From: Eledone cirrhosa
Taxonomy: Eukaryota
DNA length: 64,000 nucleotides
NCBI GenBank assembly: GCA_964016885.1
Contig: OZ024742.1
Coordinates: 222,394,001 to 222,458,000 of the forward strand
Direction of reading: 5' to 3'
The position numbers and the translations under genes are program-made. Below the pieces are notes generated by a model that worked only from the letters and a program-made list of their open reading frames with translations, did not search any database and was not told the origin of the DNA. Shown in pieces: positions 11,440-24,159 of this stretch. How positions within the stretch are numbered: the stretch's first letter is position 1; each line of letters starts with the position of its first letter.

Positions 11440-11615
11440 ACCCTCCTCCCCATCTCTCTGTATTATGATCAAATGGGGTCCCACGTGCTAGCTGCCCCAC
11501 AGCCCTGGCAGACAGAATGGAGAAGGCGTTTCCCCGGAGGATGGTAAGGGAGATGTGCTGGAAGAACCATTCCATCTCATGAGGCTCACACCTGCAGCTG
11601 GCCAGCTCAGCGATC
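11440..11615 (-). mobile_element. CRE-clade-like non-LTR retrotransposon C-terminal fragment
   Basis: Peptide EPHEMEWFFQHISLTILRGNAFSIL resembles the Q-R-I-S-x-A-I-x-R-G-N-A motif ending the restriction-like endonuclease of CRE-type elements. It sits in a GC-rich island within AT-rich DNA. Confidence 0.55.
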
Positions 11616-12129
11616 AAACAACTCATCATCAATACCAGTAGAGCATCTATCAATTTTCCTCTATAAATGTAACCTTATCAGGTTTAGAGAACTAAGAGTG
11701 AAGACACATAACCTAACAGTTAGGGTGTTAGACTTACATTCATAAAGACATGACAACCTCTCTTGTGCAGGTGTCATGATAAAATGTACCCAGTACACTC
11801 TGTAATATAGTTGGTGTTACAAATGGCATCCAACTGAAGAAACTATACCAAAATTGGAATATATGTAAGTAAGGTTCTTGACCCATCTAAGAGGACATTA
11901 GTTCCAATTAAGTACTGACTTGGTCTGTGATGACCCATCCAACCCATACCAGCATGGAAGAATTGAGTGTCCTTTATTGTATGAAACTGCATTCACAAGG
12001 CACATTTGAAAAGTACAAAAACAACACTAAGACTGAATTTTCACAAGATACTCTAAACATTTGAATTGACAAACTAGCTTTTAGATATTTTCAGCTAAAT
12101 CATTACAGGATGTTAAGAATTAAATGAAT

Positions 12130-13120
12130 TACAGTTGATCAAATAGCCTAAACCCTCATTGTAAAACCGACAGAGCATCCGTCACTTTTCCTCTATAAAC
12201 GTGTTGTTTTATGTTAATGTTTGATCAAACAACTGGAAGACTCACCATCAAAATCAGTAGAACCTCTGTCACTCTAGCATGTGTAGTGTGTATATTGATA
12301 TTATACACAAATATATATACATGTAGATATGATACATCAAATAAAATCGTAATGGACAAGATACACAGAAATTGAACAAAGTCTATGTTACACTGTCTTA
12401 TGTAATCAGTAACGTAATCCATGATACATTTAAAAAAAGACGATATTATATATAAACTGCATTAGGAGAAAATTAGCGACGGAAATATATGCAATATTTT
12501 TATGTTATAATATAACGGCTGCCAACTGGAGTGTTGACATTTGAAAATTTTAAAGATCTTTAAATAAGCTATAAAATATATTTAATCAACAGCCACGAAA
12601 TTTAGCACATAAATTATGTAATATTCATTCATTATTTATTCAAAGTAATCCAACTTATTTTACAAACAGGGTAAAAAAATATATTCTGGACGCAATCCCG
12701 CACTCCTTTCTTTATTATAGTTAAGATGTTTGATCAAACAACTGGAACATTCATCGTCAAAATCAGTGGAGCATCTGTCACTCTATAATGTCAACAACTG
12801 GAACATTTACTGTCAAAATTAGTGGAGTGTGCAACATTCTTCATTATGTCAATGTTTGATCAAACAAGTCGAACACTCATCGTCAAAATTGGTGGAGCAT
12901 CCATCATTCTTCCTCTATAACTGTGTTGCCTCATTATGTTAATGTCTGATCAAGCAACTGGAACACTTATTGAAATCAATGAAGCATTTATCACTCTGCT
13001 GCTATTAATGTATTGCCTCATTATGTTAATGTTTGATTAAATACCTGAATGCTCATCATCAAAACCAACAAAGCATCCGTCACTCTGCCTCTATAAGTGT
13101 GTTACATTATGTCAATGTTT
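12130..13120 (+). repeat. Degenerate tandem repeat of about 88 bp, interrupted by an insertion at about 12276-12727
   Basis: Unit tgtttgatcaaacaactggaacactcatcgtcaaaatcagtggagcatccgtcactct..cctctataa..ttatgttaa, roughly 6-7 copies. Confidence 0.75.
12276..12727 (-). mobile_element. Possible non-autonomous Helitron-like insertion
   Basis: Interrupts the 88-bp array. The minus strand begins A|TCttaactataataaag, a Helitron-type 5' end, and there is a ctag near 12275. No clear 3' hairpin. Confidence 0.35.
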
Positions 13121-14454
13121 AATATTAGTATTAGGTTAATAGAAACTAGAGAATTTCAGTTGACAGAGCAGACATTATTCATTATTTGATGTTTGCAGTG
13201 TATCAAAGGAATTATATATAAATCACTTTTATTCTTTTACTGGTTTCTGTCATTAGACTGTTACCATGCTGGGGCATAACCTTGATTGGTTTCTAGTCAA
13301 ATATATCGACCCTAGTACTTATTTATACTTTTTCTATATATATTTCTATTTATATATTCTATTTAAACCTTTAAATATATTTTTTACCTTTTCCTCTTAC
13401 CATTCATATTTTTACCCTTTATTTCTTATCTTATCCTTTATCCTCCTCCCTTTAAACCTAAACCTACCTTACAAACCCACCAATATGTCTATATAAACAG
13501 CATTGAGTGCTTCGAATGGCATACTGCCTGTAACTCTTGTTACACGCCTAACATATATATAACAGTCGATCGACAAGATCCCAGACATCATTAGCTTAAC
13601 GACTGGGGTAGAACTCATCAAATCGGACCAAGGAAACAATGTTTCCATTGGTCTTTCCAATTACTAATACTATCTACTGGTCACAAATCCAAGGAGAAGG
13701 AGCAACGTGAAATAAAGTGTCTTGCTCAAGGACATAAGTCATCGCCCGGTCCAGGAATCATACTCACAACCTCAGGATTGCAAATCTAATATATAGGTTT
13801 AGCTGGCCTCATATGAGGTTATATTTTATAAGAGTTTTCTTGAGTATTTTAATAATAGGGGCTTGAATCATATTGTGTGTGTACAGTTCACACCTGTGCA
13901 GCTTTAGCTGGCCTCCTACAAGGTTGCATCTCATAGGAGATTTCTTGGGTGTTTTAATGATAGGTGACCCTAGTCCAACCATGAAAAACAATGTGAAATG
14001 AAATACTTTGCTAAAGGATGTAATATGCTGTCTGGTCAAGAAATCAAACCCATGACCTTGTGATCAGTCTAACACCCCAATCACTATGCCACAAAATAAA
14101 AAGAAAGAAAAAATGCGCCAATAAAAATATATTTAAAAAACACAAAGGAAAATGTCTGCATGTCTTGTTCTATTGCTAATGACGTCAATTTGAGTAATTT
14201 AGTCATTTAGAAACATCTCAAGCCTTAGTTAATTACCTGCTTAACAAACAATTAGCAGGGACTCAGCCAACCTAATTTAATCTTTTACTAGAGGACAACA
14301 GTAATAGCTTGGGTTTTCTAATATTTATTTATGTGCTTCTTTGACATGGTGTATCTGCATATATATATATATATATACATATACATGCAGATACACATAT
14401 ATATATATATATGTGTGTGTGTGTGTATGTATATATATATATATATACACACAC

Positions 14455-15141
14455 ATTGGACATCGCTCCCACGAATCAACTCCATCACAAGGAAATTATC
14501 CACCGTCCCACCACATCCTCTACGGAACTACCTTAGGAATTTACCCACAGACATACACTCACAAAATTTTTTTTTCCCGCACACCACCTACATCCACAAT
14601 ACGTATATACACGTGCGGACCACCACATATTTACACACTCAGCCTCCGGAATCCTCCCCCACCCCTGACCCCTCCCCATCCACACACGCACGCACACACC
14701 GACCTACACCCCACCCCACACACACCTTTTCCTGAACATGCAATCCCGTTCTTCCCCCAACTCTCACATACACACACGTACACCTACACACACCACCTTC
14801 AGCCCTCCCCGCTTGGACACCCGCCTCCCTCTCCCCACTCCACCCGCCACCACCCCTACACGCCCCACACCCTTCCACCACTTGTTTAACTTCATGTTTA
14901 TTTTTATTATGCTTTTATATTTATTTTCATTTGTACCGTTTCCTCTCAACCCCTTTTTTCTAAATGTCTCTCCCCCACTCCCCTACACACCCTTGGAGCT
15001 CTCTTCCCACACACTTTTCGCCTGAAGAAGGGCTTATGCCCGAAACGTCATTCCCCACCACCACTCCACTCTCAAGAGCGTGAAACTAATAAACCTTTGT
15101 TCGTACTGCCTCTCTGTTTTGTTCCCGTTCAATTTTTCACT
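14455..15141 (+). mobile_element. Probable Penelope-like 3' fragment/pLTR with hammerhead core
   Basis: C-rich body, hammerhead core at 15022-15049, then aaactaataaa and a pyrimidine-rich end, bounded by (TA)n. Similar organisation at 22840-23052. Confidence 0.5.
15022..15049 (+). ncRNA. Minimal hammerhead ribozyme core (stem I not evident)
   Basis: CTGAAGA-A-GGGC-ttat-GCCC-GAAA-cg-TC. The flanks do not pair, so it is probably decayed. Confidence 0.5.
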
Positions 15142-15394
15142 ATATATATATATATATACATATTTCGTTTCTGAATTTGTTTAGCAAGATTCTTTATCTG
15201 AAATCGTGTGTTAAAACCGATATTGTTATACTTTGGGAGGGTCATGTTGCCAATAAGAAACACACGCACCAGTTGCTTTCACTTCAATTTATTATATATT
15301 TATAAATTTATAAATTTACAAATCTACAAACTTATAAATTATAAATTTCTGGTTGGCTGGTTGGTTCCACAACCAGATAGTTGTTTATATATAT

Positions 15395-15439
15395 AGTCAT
15401 AGTCCTTTCGTCACACACTCTGTGACCTCTTCAGTGACT
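15395..15439 (-). ncRNA. Type I minimal hammerhead ribozyme in pLTR
   Basis: Minus strand reads AGTCA-CTGAAGA-G-GTCACA-gagtg-TGTGAC-GAAA-G-ga-C-TA-TGACT: 5-bp stem I, 6-bp stem II, very short stem III, CUA cleavage triplet. Confidence 0.65.
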
Positions 15440-15729
15440 GGGGATTCCTTTCTTCTATTCGTTTCTGTGCCTTTTCTTTCTTCTATCCTACGCCATTTTG
15501 TTTCTGTGTGTGTGTTGTGTGCTCAGTTTGCGCATGTGCCACATCCGGGTGTCTGTGTGTGTTTGTGTTCATTTTTCTATTTGTTTATTTATTTATTTAT
15601 TTATTGTTGGTTGGTTGTTTGTTCTATGTGTGTGTGTGTTTTCAATTGTAAGTTGTTTGTTCTATGTGTGTGTGTGTTTTCATTTTGTCCTTAATTGTAA
15701 GTTGTGATGTTGCTGTTCCACTCATATTT

Positions 15730-15772
15730 TCACTGAAGAGGTCACAGAGTGTGTGACGAAAGGACTATGACT
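15730..15772 (+). ncRNA. Hammerhead copy with truncated stem I
   Basis: tca-CTGAAGA-G-GTCACA-gagtg-TGTGAC-GAAA-ggac-TA-tgact. Confidence 0.55.
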
Positions 15773-16082
15773 ATATATATAAACAACTATCTGGTTGTGG
15801 AACCAACCAACCAACCAGAAATTTATAAATATATAATAAATTGAAGTGAGAGCAACTGGTGCGTGTGTTTCTTATTGGCAACATGACCCTCCCAAAGTAT
15901 AACAATATATATACATACATATATATATATACATGTCTAAATCATCAATCACTGTTAAGACATGTAATTAGTGGTGTGTGTTTTGAGTAAACTGTTTACT
16001 ATGTTGCCTTATGGTATATATATATTTATACATACATGTGTGTGTATGTCTGTGTGTTTAATATGTTACCTTATTGTATATA

Positions 16083-16385
16083 GATGCATGGCCTTGTAGT
16101 TCATAGTTGAGCATTGGGCTCACAATCATGGTAGTGTGTTGTGTCCTTGAGCAAGAAACTTTATTTTTTTACATTTCTCAAGTTCGCTCAGCTGGAAATA
16201 ATGAGTTGCTGTATCAGCCTTTGTCTTTCCTCTGGACAACATTGGTAGCATAGAGTCTATGAGTATACATGGATGACTGCTGGTCTTCCACAAACAACCT
16301 TGCCTGAGCTTGTGCCTTGAAGGGGAACTTTCTAGGTGGAAAATCCCATGATCATTCATGACAAAATGAGGTCTTTACTCTTTAT
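16083..16385 (+). mobile_element. Decayed tRNA/CORE-like SINE (related copy at about 17846-18170)
   Basis: gtgttgtgtccttgagcaaga..ctttattt core plus a shared 3' half (ggtcttccacaaacaaccttgcc...cccatgatcattcatg) in both copies. Confidence 0.6.
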
Positions 16386-17382
16386 TTTTATTGTATATGT
16401 GTGTTTATTAACTGTGGAATACTCAGCCATCATCATCATAAGACCAGATATGACCACATCTTGCTCATATGTTTCATGTAGATCACAGATAAGGTATAGA
16501 ATTTCTGGGTTGTTGTAGGTAGTTTCCTATTTCATTCTGAAAAAAATCATAAGCACCGGATGTAAAACTCTAACCGATAAAATATTTTACAAAGTGAGTA
16601 GTAAAATTGAAATTTCAGTATATATTTTACTTATATGCAAGCTTACCACTACACATAATTTTAACTATAAAATAGTTGAAAATAAGTTGGAGATATATCT
16701 CTTTGAGAGTAATGTAGTTTCATGTATATTTCAAATGTTTATAGTATCTTTATTAATGGACAAATTATTGTGAAAGTTTTGCAGTATTAAAGTAAAGACT
16801 TTAATTTTGAATCTCATACAGTCATAGTGTTGTTTTGTTCTTTCCAAAGATGTCTTACTAATGTGGTTTCATGTACTACAAGATATCAAGAGTTAAAAAA
16901 TGTTTTATGGTGTTGGTGGTGATAGATTTGTTATTTAGTGATATGAAACCAAAGTGGTATTAATAATCTTTGGTTTATTATGTTTGGGTGAAATTAAAAT
17001 GTCAACTAGTTTTGTTATTTTTTGACCTGAATAATTTCTGTTGAAAAATATCTGACACTGTTTCTAAGTGCAGATGGAATTTTGTGGTGTCCATGTCTTT
17101 CGACTAACTGATACCGAAATGTCAATACTAAGTGACCGATATCCCTATAAGTAGCAGGTACCAATTAGTGGTGAGCCATTTTAAGATGTAAAGTAGTTGC
17201 AGAGGTTTGACATTTCATTCTACAGTGTCTCCAAATAAATGGTCACCTCATTTTTGAGATATTCAACAGCAACTAACCCTTTTTATATAAAACCTCAGAT
17301 TTCCATCATCATACAGCTGCCATGAGGAACTGGCTGATCCACAACACAGGTTCTACTTGAATTAGTATTGTTATCATTATCA

Positions 17383-17835
17383 TTGGCAGTATCAGTAGAA
17401 CATCTGACAGCATGCTTTATGGCATATAGTTACGGCCCTTTATGTTCTGAGTTCAAATCCCGCTGAGGTTAGCTTTTCCTTTCATACTTATGGGATCAAT
17501 AAAATAAAGTACCAGTAAAGCACTGGGGTCAATTTTATTGACTTTCTCCTTCCTCAGAATTTCTGGCCTTGTGCCTAAATCAGAAACCATTGTTGATTTT
17601 ATTTTCAGCTCTCTATGTTAGGGCAGTGGTTTGACAATATCATTAGAGTGTTGGAAGAAACATTTTGTGGTATTTGTTCAGGATTTTTACATTCTAAGTT
17701 CAAATCCTGTCTATGTCAACTTTGCCATTAATCCTAAGGGGATCAATAAAATAAAGTACCAGTCAAGTACAGGTTCAATGTAATCAATTTAACCCTCCCA
17801 CAAATTGTTGGCCTTGTGCCTAAATTAGAAATCAT
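17383..17835 (+). mobile_element. Two tandem family B SINEs
   Basis: ttggcagtatcagtag...gagttcaaatcc...ataaaataaagtaccag...ggccttgtgcctaaat.agaaa occurs twice. Confidence 0.8.
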
Positions 17836-19229
17836 TGTTATTGTGTGAAAGTGTATGGTTTAGTGGCTAGGGCATTTGGCTCACACTTGGTCATGAGTTC
17901 AATTCCTGGATCAGGCAGCACATTGTGTCCTTGAGCAAGACATTTTATTTCACATTGCTCCAATCCACATAGCTAGAAACAATGAGTTGCAATGTCATTG
18001 GTGGTAAGCTATTTCGGCCGTTCAAATAGACAGCATTAGTGGAATGGAGAGAGAAAACCAGCATGTATGGGAGACCACTGGTCTTCTACAAATCACCTTG
18101 CCCAAGCTTGCCCCATGGAGAAGAACTTTTGTGATGCAAACCCATGATCAGTCATGGTTGAAGACAGCCTTTTATTTTTATTATTATTGTGTAGTTCACA
18201 CAGCAATACTCTTAGTGTGATGGTTTTGTCTGCTGAACATCAAATCACTAATCACCATCATCAACAACAACAACACCAACAAACATCTATTTTCCCTGCT
18301 GGCAAAGCTGGGATGGGTCATCACAAATCAAGTCAACCACCTTCAGATATTCAGCACATATCTCAAGGTTGTGGTTGTAGCAAAGTAGATATATTTTCTG
18401 TAGTGCTAGTGTTTATCTTTAAGTTTATCATAGAAAGTCATTTAGTTGTCTTATTATAAAAAGAATTGCTTGTATTTCTCTAGTGGAGGTGGTGGTGATG
18501 ATGGCAGCAGCTTCAGTATATTTCCTCTTTCTCTTTTTCTTTCTTACTTCATGTCATCATAATCACTTTCACTGCCGTCATCATCATTACCATTATTACC
18601 ACCATCATGATCATCATCACAACCACTATCATGATCATCACTACCATTATTGCTACCATTACCACTAGCATTCCTACAATCATCACCACATCCATCATCA
18701 TCATTATTTCTATCGGCCTTAATCAAGTTTATTCAATTTCCTGACAAGAATTTACTAATTATTACTTTTGAATTTTTTTGTAATTATAATTAATTAAAAT
18801 TAACAGTAAATTAACCGTCACTAACAATATATAGTAATGGAAAGTTATAATTAATGTCATGGCATTCCTTTCTAATTAATTGGGAATGAGACATTGGTAG
18901 TGAATGTGGAGCAACAGAGAATGGAAAGAACATACATGAGAATGGTTCAGTGGATGAATGGTGTATTACTCAGAGAGAGGAAGACAATGTGATATAATTT
19001 ATGCATTATTAAGCTGGAGTCCGGAACATAATTTAACAAAGTTCTTACATAAAATTATGATGGATGGTTGTTGTTGTTTTAGATAAATATATAGACTTTA
19101 AAATTAGTAATGTGATATGATATAACCAGGGGCAGTTTCAAGTGGTTTGGTATCAAAAGGGTTAAAGTGTTTTACATGGATGTTTAAAATTCTTAGATGT
19201 TTGTTAGGTATATTATTTGTATTAAAGGA

Positions 19230-19417
19230 GGGGGATTGGCAGTATTGATAGAGAGTCGAACGCAATGCTTTGCAGTATAGAATTACGGCCCTTTATGATC
19301 TAAGTTCAAATCTCGCCGAGGTTAACTTAGTCTTTCATCCTTACGGGGTTGATAAAATAAAGTACCAGTAATGCACTGGGATAATTGTTGGCCTTGTGCC
19401 AAAAGTAGAAACAGTTA
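19230..19417 (+). mobile_element. Family B SINE
   Basis: Full-length match to the family motifs. Confidence 0.8.
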
Positions 19418-20057
19418 TTTGGTCTAATGTCATCTGAAATGGCGGGGGGTGTCTTTAATTCTTTTGATACCGAATTGCCTAAAGATACCACTGGTTTTAT
19501 GACACAAAACTGTTTTAATGTGTAAATGTTTATCTAAAATCTTGCCATCATAAATTTATGCATATTCTAAACACCAGCTTGAAAATGAAAAAGTTAGTTA
19601 CATTACTTAGTTACAAGGTTAAAGTGTTCTACAATGATATTCTAGCAATCTTTGGTATTTGGTATGTATGTTATTTGACCTGATTTCATCTGCAAATGGT
19701 AAGGGAGTTTCTTTAAATATTTACTAGAATTCTTTAAAATAACTCTGGAGTTGTACTTGTTTGGCAAGTGACTTCATCTGAAACTATGTGTGTTGAAACT
19801 AAAGCCATTACATCGTAGTAGAGACATTTTAGCTATTTAACTCTTTCATTATCATCTTTCTAGCGAGAGACATTAAGATTTTCAAATAATTTCAAAAATA
19901 ATTTTAAAAATTGCAACAATTTAGTAATATAACTAACTTTTATCATTATTAAGTTGCTATTGAGAACATAACTTAACAAAGGTCGTTACACCAAACTATG
20001 ATGGAAGAAGGTGTTTAGATGATTATAGATAAATGCATTAACCCTTATATATATAAT

Positions 20058-20240
20058 TGTTTCTACTTTTGGCACCAGGCCAGCAATTATCCCAGTGCAT
20101 TACTGGTATTTTATTTTATCGATCCCGTAAGGATGAAAAGCAAAGTTAACCTCGGCGGGATTTGAACTCAGATCATAAAGGGAGGTAACTCTATGCTTCA
20201 AAGCATGGCGTCCGACCCTCTACCGATACTGCCAATCCAC
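20058..20240 (-). mobile_element. Family B SINE with 18-bp TSD
   Basis: TSD aacccttatatatataat at 20040-20057 and 20241-20258. Confidence 0.85.
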
Positions 20241-21166
20241 AACCCTTATATATATAATGAAATACACTTCCTACAATTTTTAAATAATTTCAAAAATAAT
20301 AAAGAATTTTGTGGGTGGGGATTTAGAAATATATAACTACTTTCTCATATTAATCTGTTTGGAACATAACGGAATAAAGGTTCTTACATAAAATTATGGT
20401 GGAAAGTTTTTAGATAAATATAAGCAGTTTAAGATAAACAATTTTGTATGATAGAACAAAAATGTTTTAAAACCTTACAGAACTGTACTTTATTTATTCT
20501 CCCCCCCCCCCCCCCCCCCAAGAATTAAAAGTAAAGTCCACCTCAATGATATTTGTACTCAGAACACAAAAAGCCAGAATAATACCACAAGAGATTTCAT
20601 CCAATATTTTAACACTTTTGCCAATTTGCTGCTTCATAAAATAACCAACCAAACATAAAAATTATATCTTCTTGGTTCAGCAGCCAAACAAATTATGAGG
20701 AAGCTGATGTGCCAAGCTACTTAACATAACAATAAACTGAGTACAGCTTTTGCTTTAAACTTTAACTCTTTGCAATACTTAACTGCCTGAAACTTAACCC
20801 CTGACCCCTCATACAAAACTGTTTATCTTAAAATGTTTATATTTATATAAAAAAAAAACCTTCCATCATAATTCAATGCAAAAAGCTTTGTTATGGTTAT
20901 ATTCTAAACATCCGATTAATATTGAGAAAATTAGTTATAGTACTAAATCCCTCAAAATACCTACAATATATACTTCAATATGAGCCCCCTCCCCCACATT
21001 TTATGTCTGGAAAATGGGCAAAATTCCAATTCCTGTTTATAAGCCAAGGTAGCTAATCAACACCTTCCGTAGGTTTGAAATTTTCATGAGTATAAAATAT
21101 ATTTATGAAGTTTTAATATTTTGATGTTTAAAATGTTTTAAATGTTTTAAATGTTTAAGTGTTTTA

Positions 21167-21317
21167 AGTGGTTGCCAACCAGTGGTCCACGGACAACTGG
21201 TGGTCCAAGAAAAAAATTTGATGGTCCACAGAAAAATTTTAATGTATTTATCTTTTTAAAAAAATTCATATTAGTGGTCCGCGAGATTTAAAATTATGAA
21301 TTTAGTGGTCCATGCTG
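21167..21317. mobile_element. Decayed hAT-like MITE
   Basis: Starts agtggttgccaacc and carries repeated tggtcc subterminal motifs. The right TIR is mostly lost. Confidence 0.4.
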
Positions 21318-21989
21318 GTTTAGAATATAGTTTTTGCTTTCACAACTCCATTATGTTTCCATTATGTTAAGTTTCAACAAGTTTCTCAAATCTTTGTTGT
21401 TTACTTCTGGCCACTCACATGCTAGGAGTAGTTTGAAAGTAAGAGATGGAATAAGAGAACTTTATAGAGAGAGGGATTCATAGAGTAGAAAAGGGAGGGA
21501 GAGAGAGAGAAAGTGAGAGTGATGGGAGGAAGAGTGAGAAGGGAGAGAGAGCTAGAGCAATAACATATAATCAGAAGTAAGATTGAAAGAAAAATATTGT
21601 AAAAGAAAAACATGTATGTGTGTATGCACATGTGTATGCGTGTATGTGTGTAAGTGCACATGCATGTATGTGTATGGGATATTTATGTATTAAAAAGTTC
21701 AAATTATAAAAATTTGTTTGAAATATTTTCAAGGGAATGCATGAATAGCACCAATGACAATGTAGTAAATGTAGAAATATTTTAGCACCTTATTTATGTA
21801 GAATATGGTGAAAATCATCAAAATATTGACCTCCTTCAACCATTGATTTTTTTTGCTGACATATTCCTTGGTGTATGTGTGTGTAAACCACCATTTGAAT
21901 CCACGGAGACACTGGCCATGAAACACAAGGATCGCTAACAAAGCAGAGAGAATCCCTTATCGTTGTCTCCCAACCTACTAGAAATAGCA

Positions 21990-22189
21990 GTCAGATTGGT
22001 TAGCATATCTGGGATGTTTTTCATTTTCTTTAAGTTTATAAAATGAGTATCAATAAACCTTTCTGTGTATATTCTTATTCCATCAGTGTACTTACTTTTC
22101 GATTGTCGGTTTTGTTTTTGTGTAATGCGCGAAGACACCAACCAACCAACCAACCAACCAACATCTCTCTTTTATATTATATATAGATA
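21990..22189 (-). mobile_element. Helitron-like non-autonomous 5' end
   Basis: The minus strand begins A|TCtatatataatataaaagagag, followed by (GTTG)n and cgcg, typical of non-autonomous Helitron 5' ends. The 3' end was not resolved. Confidence 0.4.
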
Positions 22190-22307
22190 TAACCCATCAA
22201 GTAAATGTCCATAGAGATAAGATTATGCTTAATAAAATGTGTATAAATTTATTCTCTTTCTATTTCTGTTAATCTATTGACCAGCCTCTCTCTCTTTCTA
22301 TTTCTAG

Positions 22308-22389
22308 AGTTGGTAATATTTATGAAGAACGTGTGGAATTGCCATAAACTTTCTCCACAAATGGATTATGTCTTCTTAGCAGCAAGGAG
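22308..22389 (+). other. Candidate 82-bp spliced exon of an unidentified host gene
   Basis: Branch-like ctattgac, polypyrimidine acceptor cctctctctctttctatttctAG, and donor GAG|GTAAGC. One open frame reads LVIFMKNVWNCHKLSPQMDYVFLAAR. Not recognisably repeat-derived. Confidence 0.45.
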
Positions 22390-22921
22390 GTAAGCTTGGG
22401 TGTTGTTTGTTTGTTTGTGACTTACTGGTTAGAGTGCTCGGTTGACAATCATAAGGTCATGAGTTCGATTCCCCGATTTGGTGGTGCGTAATATCCTTGA
22501 ACAAGCCCACACGGCTGAGGGAAAATGAGTTGAAATGACATTGATGCATAGCTGTATCAGTTTTGCCTTTTCATTGGACATATGCAGTGTTTATATGGTG
22601 TATATAAGTGTGTATTTAGTGCATATATAGTATGTATATAGTGTATATAGGAGTTGACAACATTGGTGTCAAGCTCTTTTTGCTTTTGTCTTTGGACATC
22701 ATATATAGTGTATATATCATGGTGTGTGTGTGTATATATATATCACACACACACGCACACTCACTATACATTATACTAAACCTCTCTTACGCCAATGACA
22801 CCATTTTACCAGCCACTCTCCAAGATGGCTGACTGATGTGTTTTTTTCTCATTTTCTCATTTTCCCTATTCCTTCCTATCATCGCTCTTTACTTTCTATT
22901 TATCTTCTATTTCTAACTCTA

Positions 22922-22957
22922 TCTTCTGATGAAGGACTAGTGTCCGAAACGTTAAGA
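22922..22957 (+). ncRNA. Type I minimal hammerhead ribozyme in a Penelope-like pLTR relic (about 22840-23052)
   Basis: TCTT-CTGATGA-A-GGAC-tagt-GTCC-GAAA-cg-TT-AAGA: 4-bp stems I and II, with palindromic AACGTT at stem III. Confidence 0.7.
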
Positions 22958-23340
22958 CACTCTTCCTGCTATTTCAAGCAATAAACTAATTTTTTTCTTC
23001 TATGTACTGTGCCGTTTGTTTTGTTATTTTTGTTATTTCTGTTTACCTTTTACATATATATATATATAGATAATATATATGATGTATATGGTGAATATAT
23101 AGTGCATATAGGAATTGTGACAAACTTTTTCTAGGTTTGTGCATAAGAGAGACAAACTCCTGGTCACTCAGACATGCAGAGTATGAGCCATGGCCAGTCA
23201 AGGCCAAAGGAAATATTAACTACTGTTTGTTTTGTTATTTATTTATTCGGTTGGCAGAGTCATTAGAGTGTCAGATGAAATGCCTGAGCATATGTTCCAG
23301 CCTTCTGTGCTCTGAGTTCAAATGATACAAAGCTTTTTAT

Positions 23341-23540
23341 TTTAACATTTACATTACTCTATGTATACTATTCTATTTTCATGGTAAAGGCTTTATCTCA
23401 TATGTTATCGAATCTATGAGATTTTGATATTATTTATTTTGAGAACCATACGTTAACATCAGTATGAGCAGCCAGTTACAGCCGGTTTGAACAGAAAGAG
23501 GTGAAAGAATTATGGCTAGATACAGCCGGTTTAAATGCTA
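23341..23540 (-). mobile_element. TTAA-type MITE copy with eroded ends
   Basis: Reverse-complement homology to 60214-60423. Confidence 0.7.
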
Positions 23541-24159
23541 TGCTCCAGACAATTCTTTCTAACATTGGCACAAAGTTAGCCATTTGGGGAAGAGGAAAAT
23601 CAATTATATGGTTCCCAATACCAGACCTGCCAACCTCTAAAAACCCAAATGGGGAGTACCATGAGAAAAAGTGCCCCAAAACGGGGAGAAATGAGGCAAA
23701 ATGGAAAGATTTTACATAAGGATTAATCCGGAAGGTCAGTTTTATAGCTGTTGATAGCTTTTTACTTAAGTCATAATCAGGTTTATTTTACCTGTAAGCT
23801 ATATATGCAATAGACTTATTCCTTCTTTAATGAGTATTGTGTGTCCAGTAAATGGGTTTTAGCTTTAATCTCTTTTAAGTCATTTCCATATTTTATCTGT
23901 GTTATGTCACACCTATAGGCTGTTGATTTAGCAGTCATTAGAGTGTTAGATATTTGTTCCAGGTCTCTGCATTCTCAGTTCAAATCACACCGTGGTCCAC
24001 TTTGCCTTCCATCCTTTCAAGGTCAATAAAGAAAGTACCAGCTCAGTGTTGGTGTAGCCCCCTTTCCTTCCAGCTCACATCCTGGTCTGCTGGATCTAGG
24101 TGTCTATGTCTACTTATGACTGCATGAACACCTATCAGGGTCGATACTAGCCCCCCTTC

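Larger units (their letters stand above)
15166..15908. mobile_element. Penelope-like inverted pLTR pair (same family as 48432-49888)
   Basis: 15166-15731 is a minus-strand copy of the ORF end (KYEWNSNITTYN*), pLTR and tail. 15730-15908 is a plus-strand partial pLTR. (TA)n flanks. Confidence 0.85.

Noticed and set aside
22770-22832. LSYANDTIL resembling an RT YADD motif
   Set aside because: Too short and degenerate to support a call.
23606-23900. cagacctgccaacc as a DNA-transposon TIR interrupting a family B SINE
   Set aside because: No matching second TIR or TSD was found.
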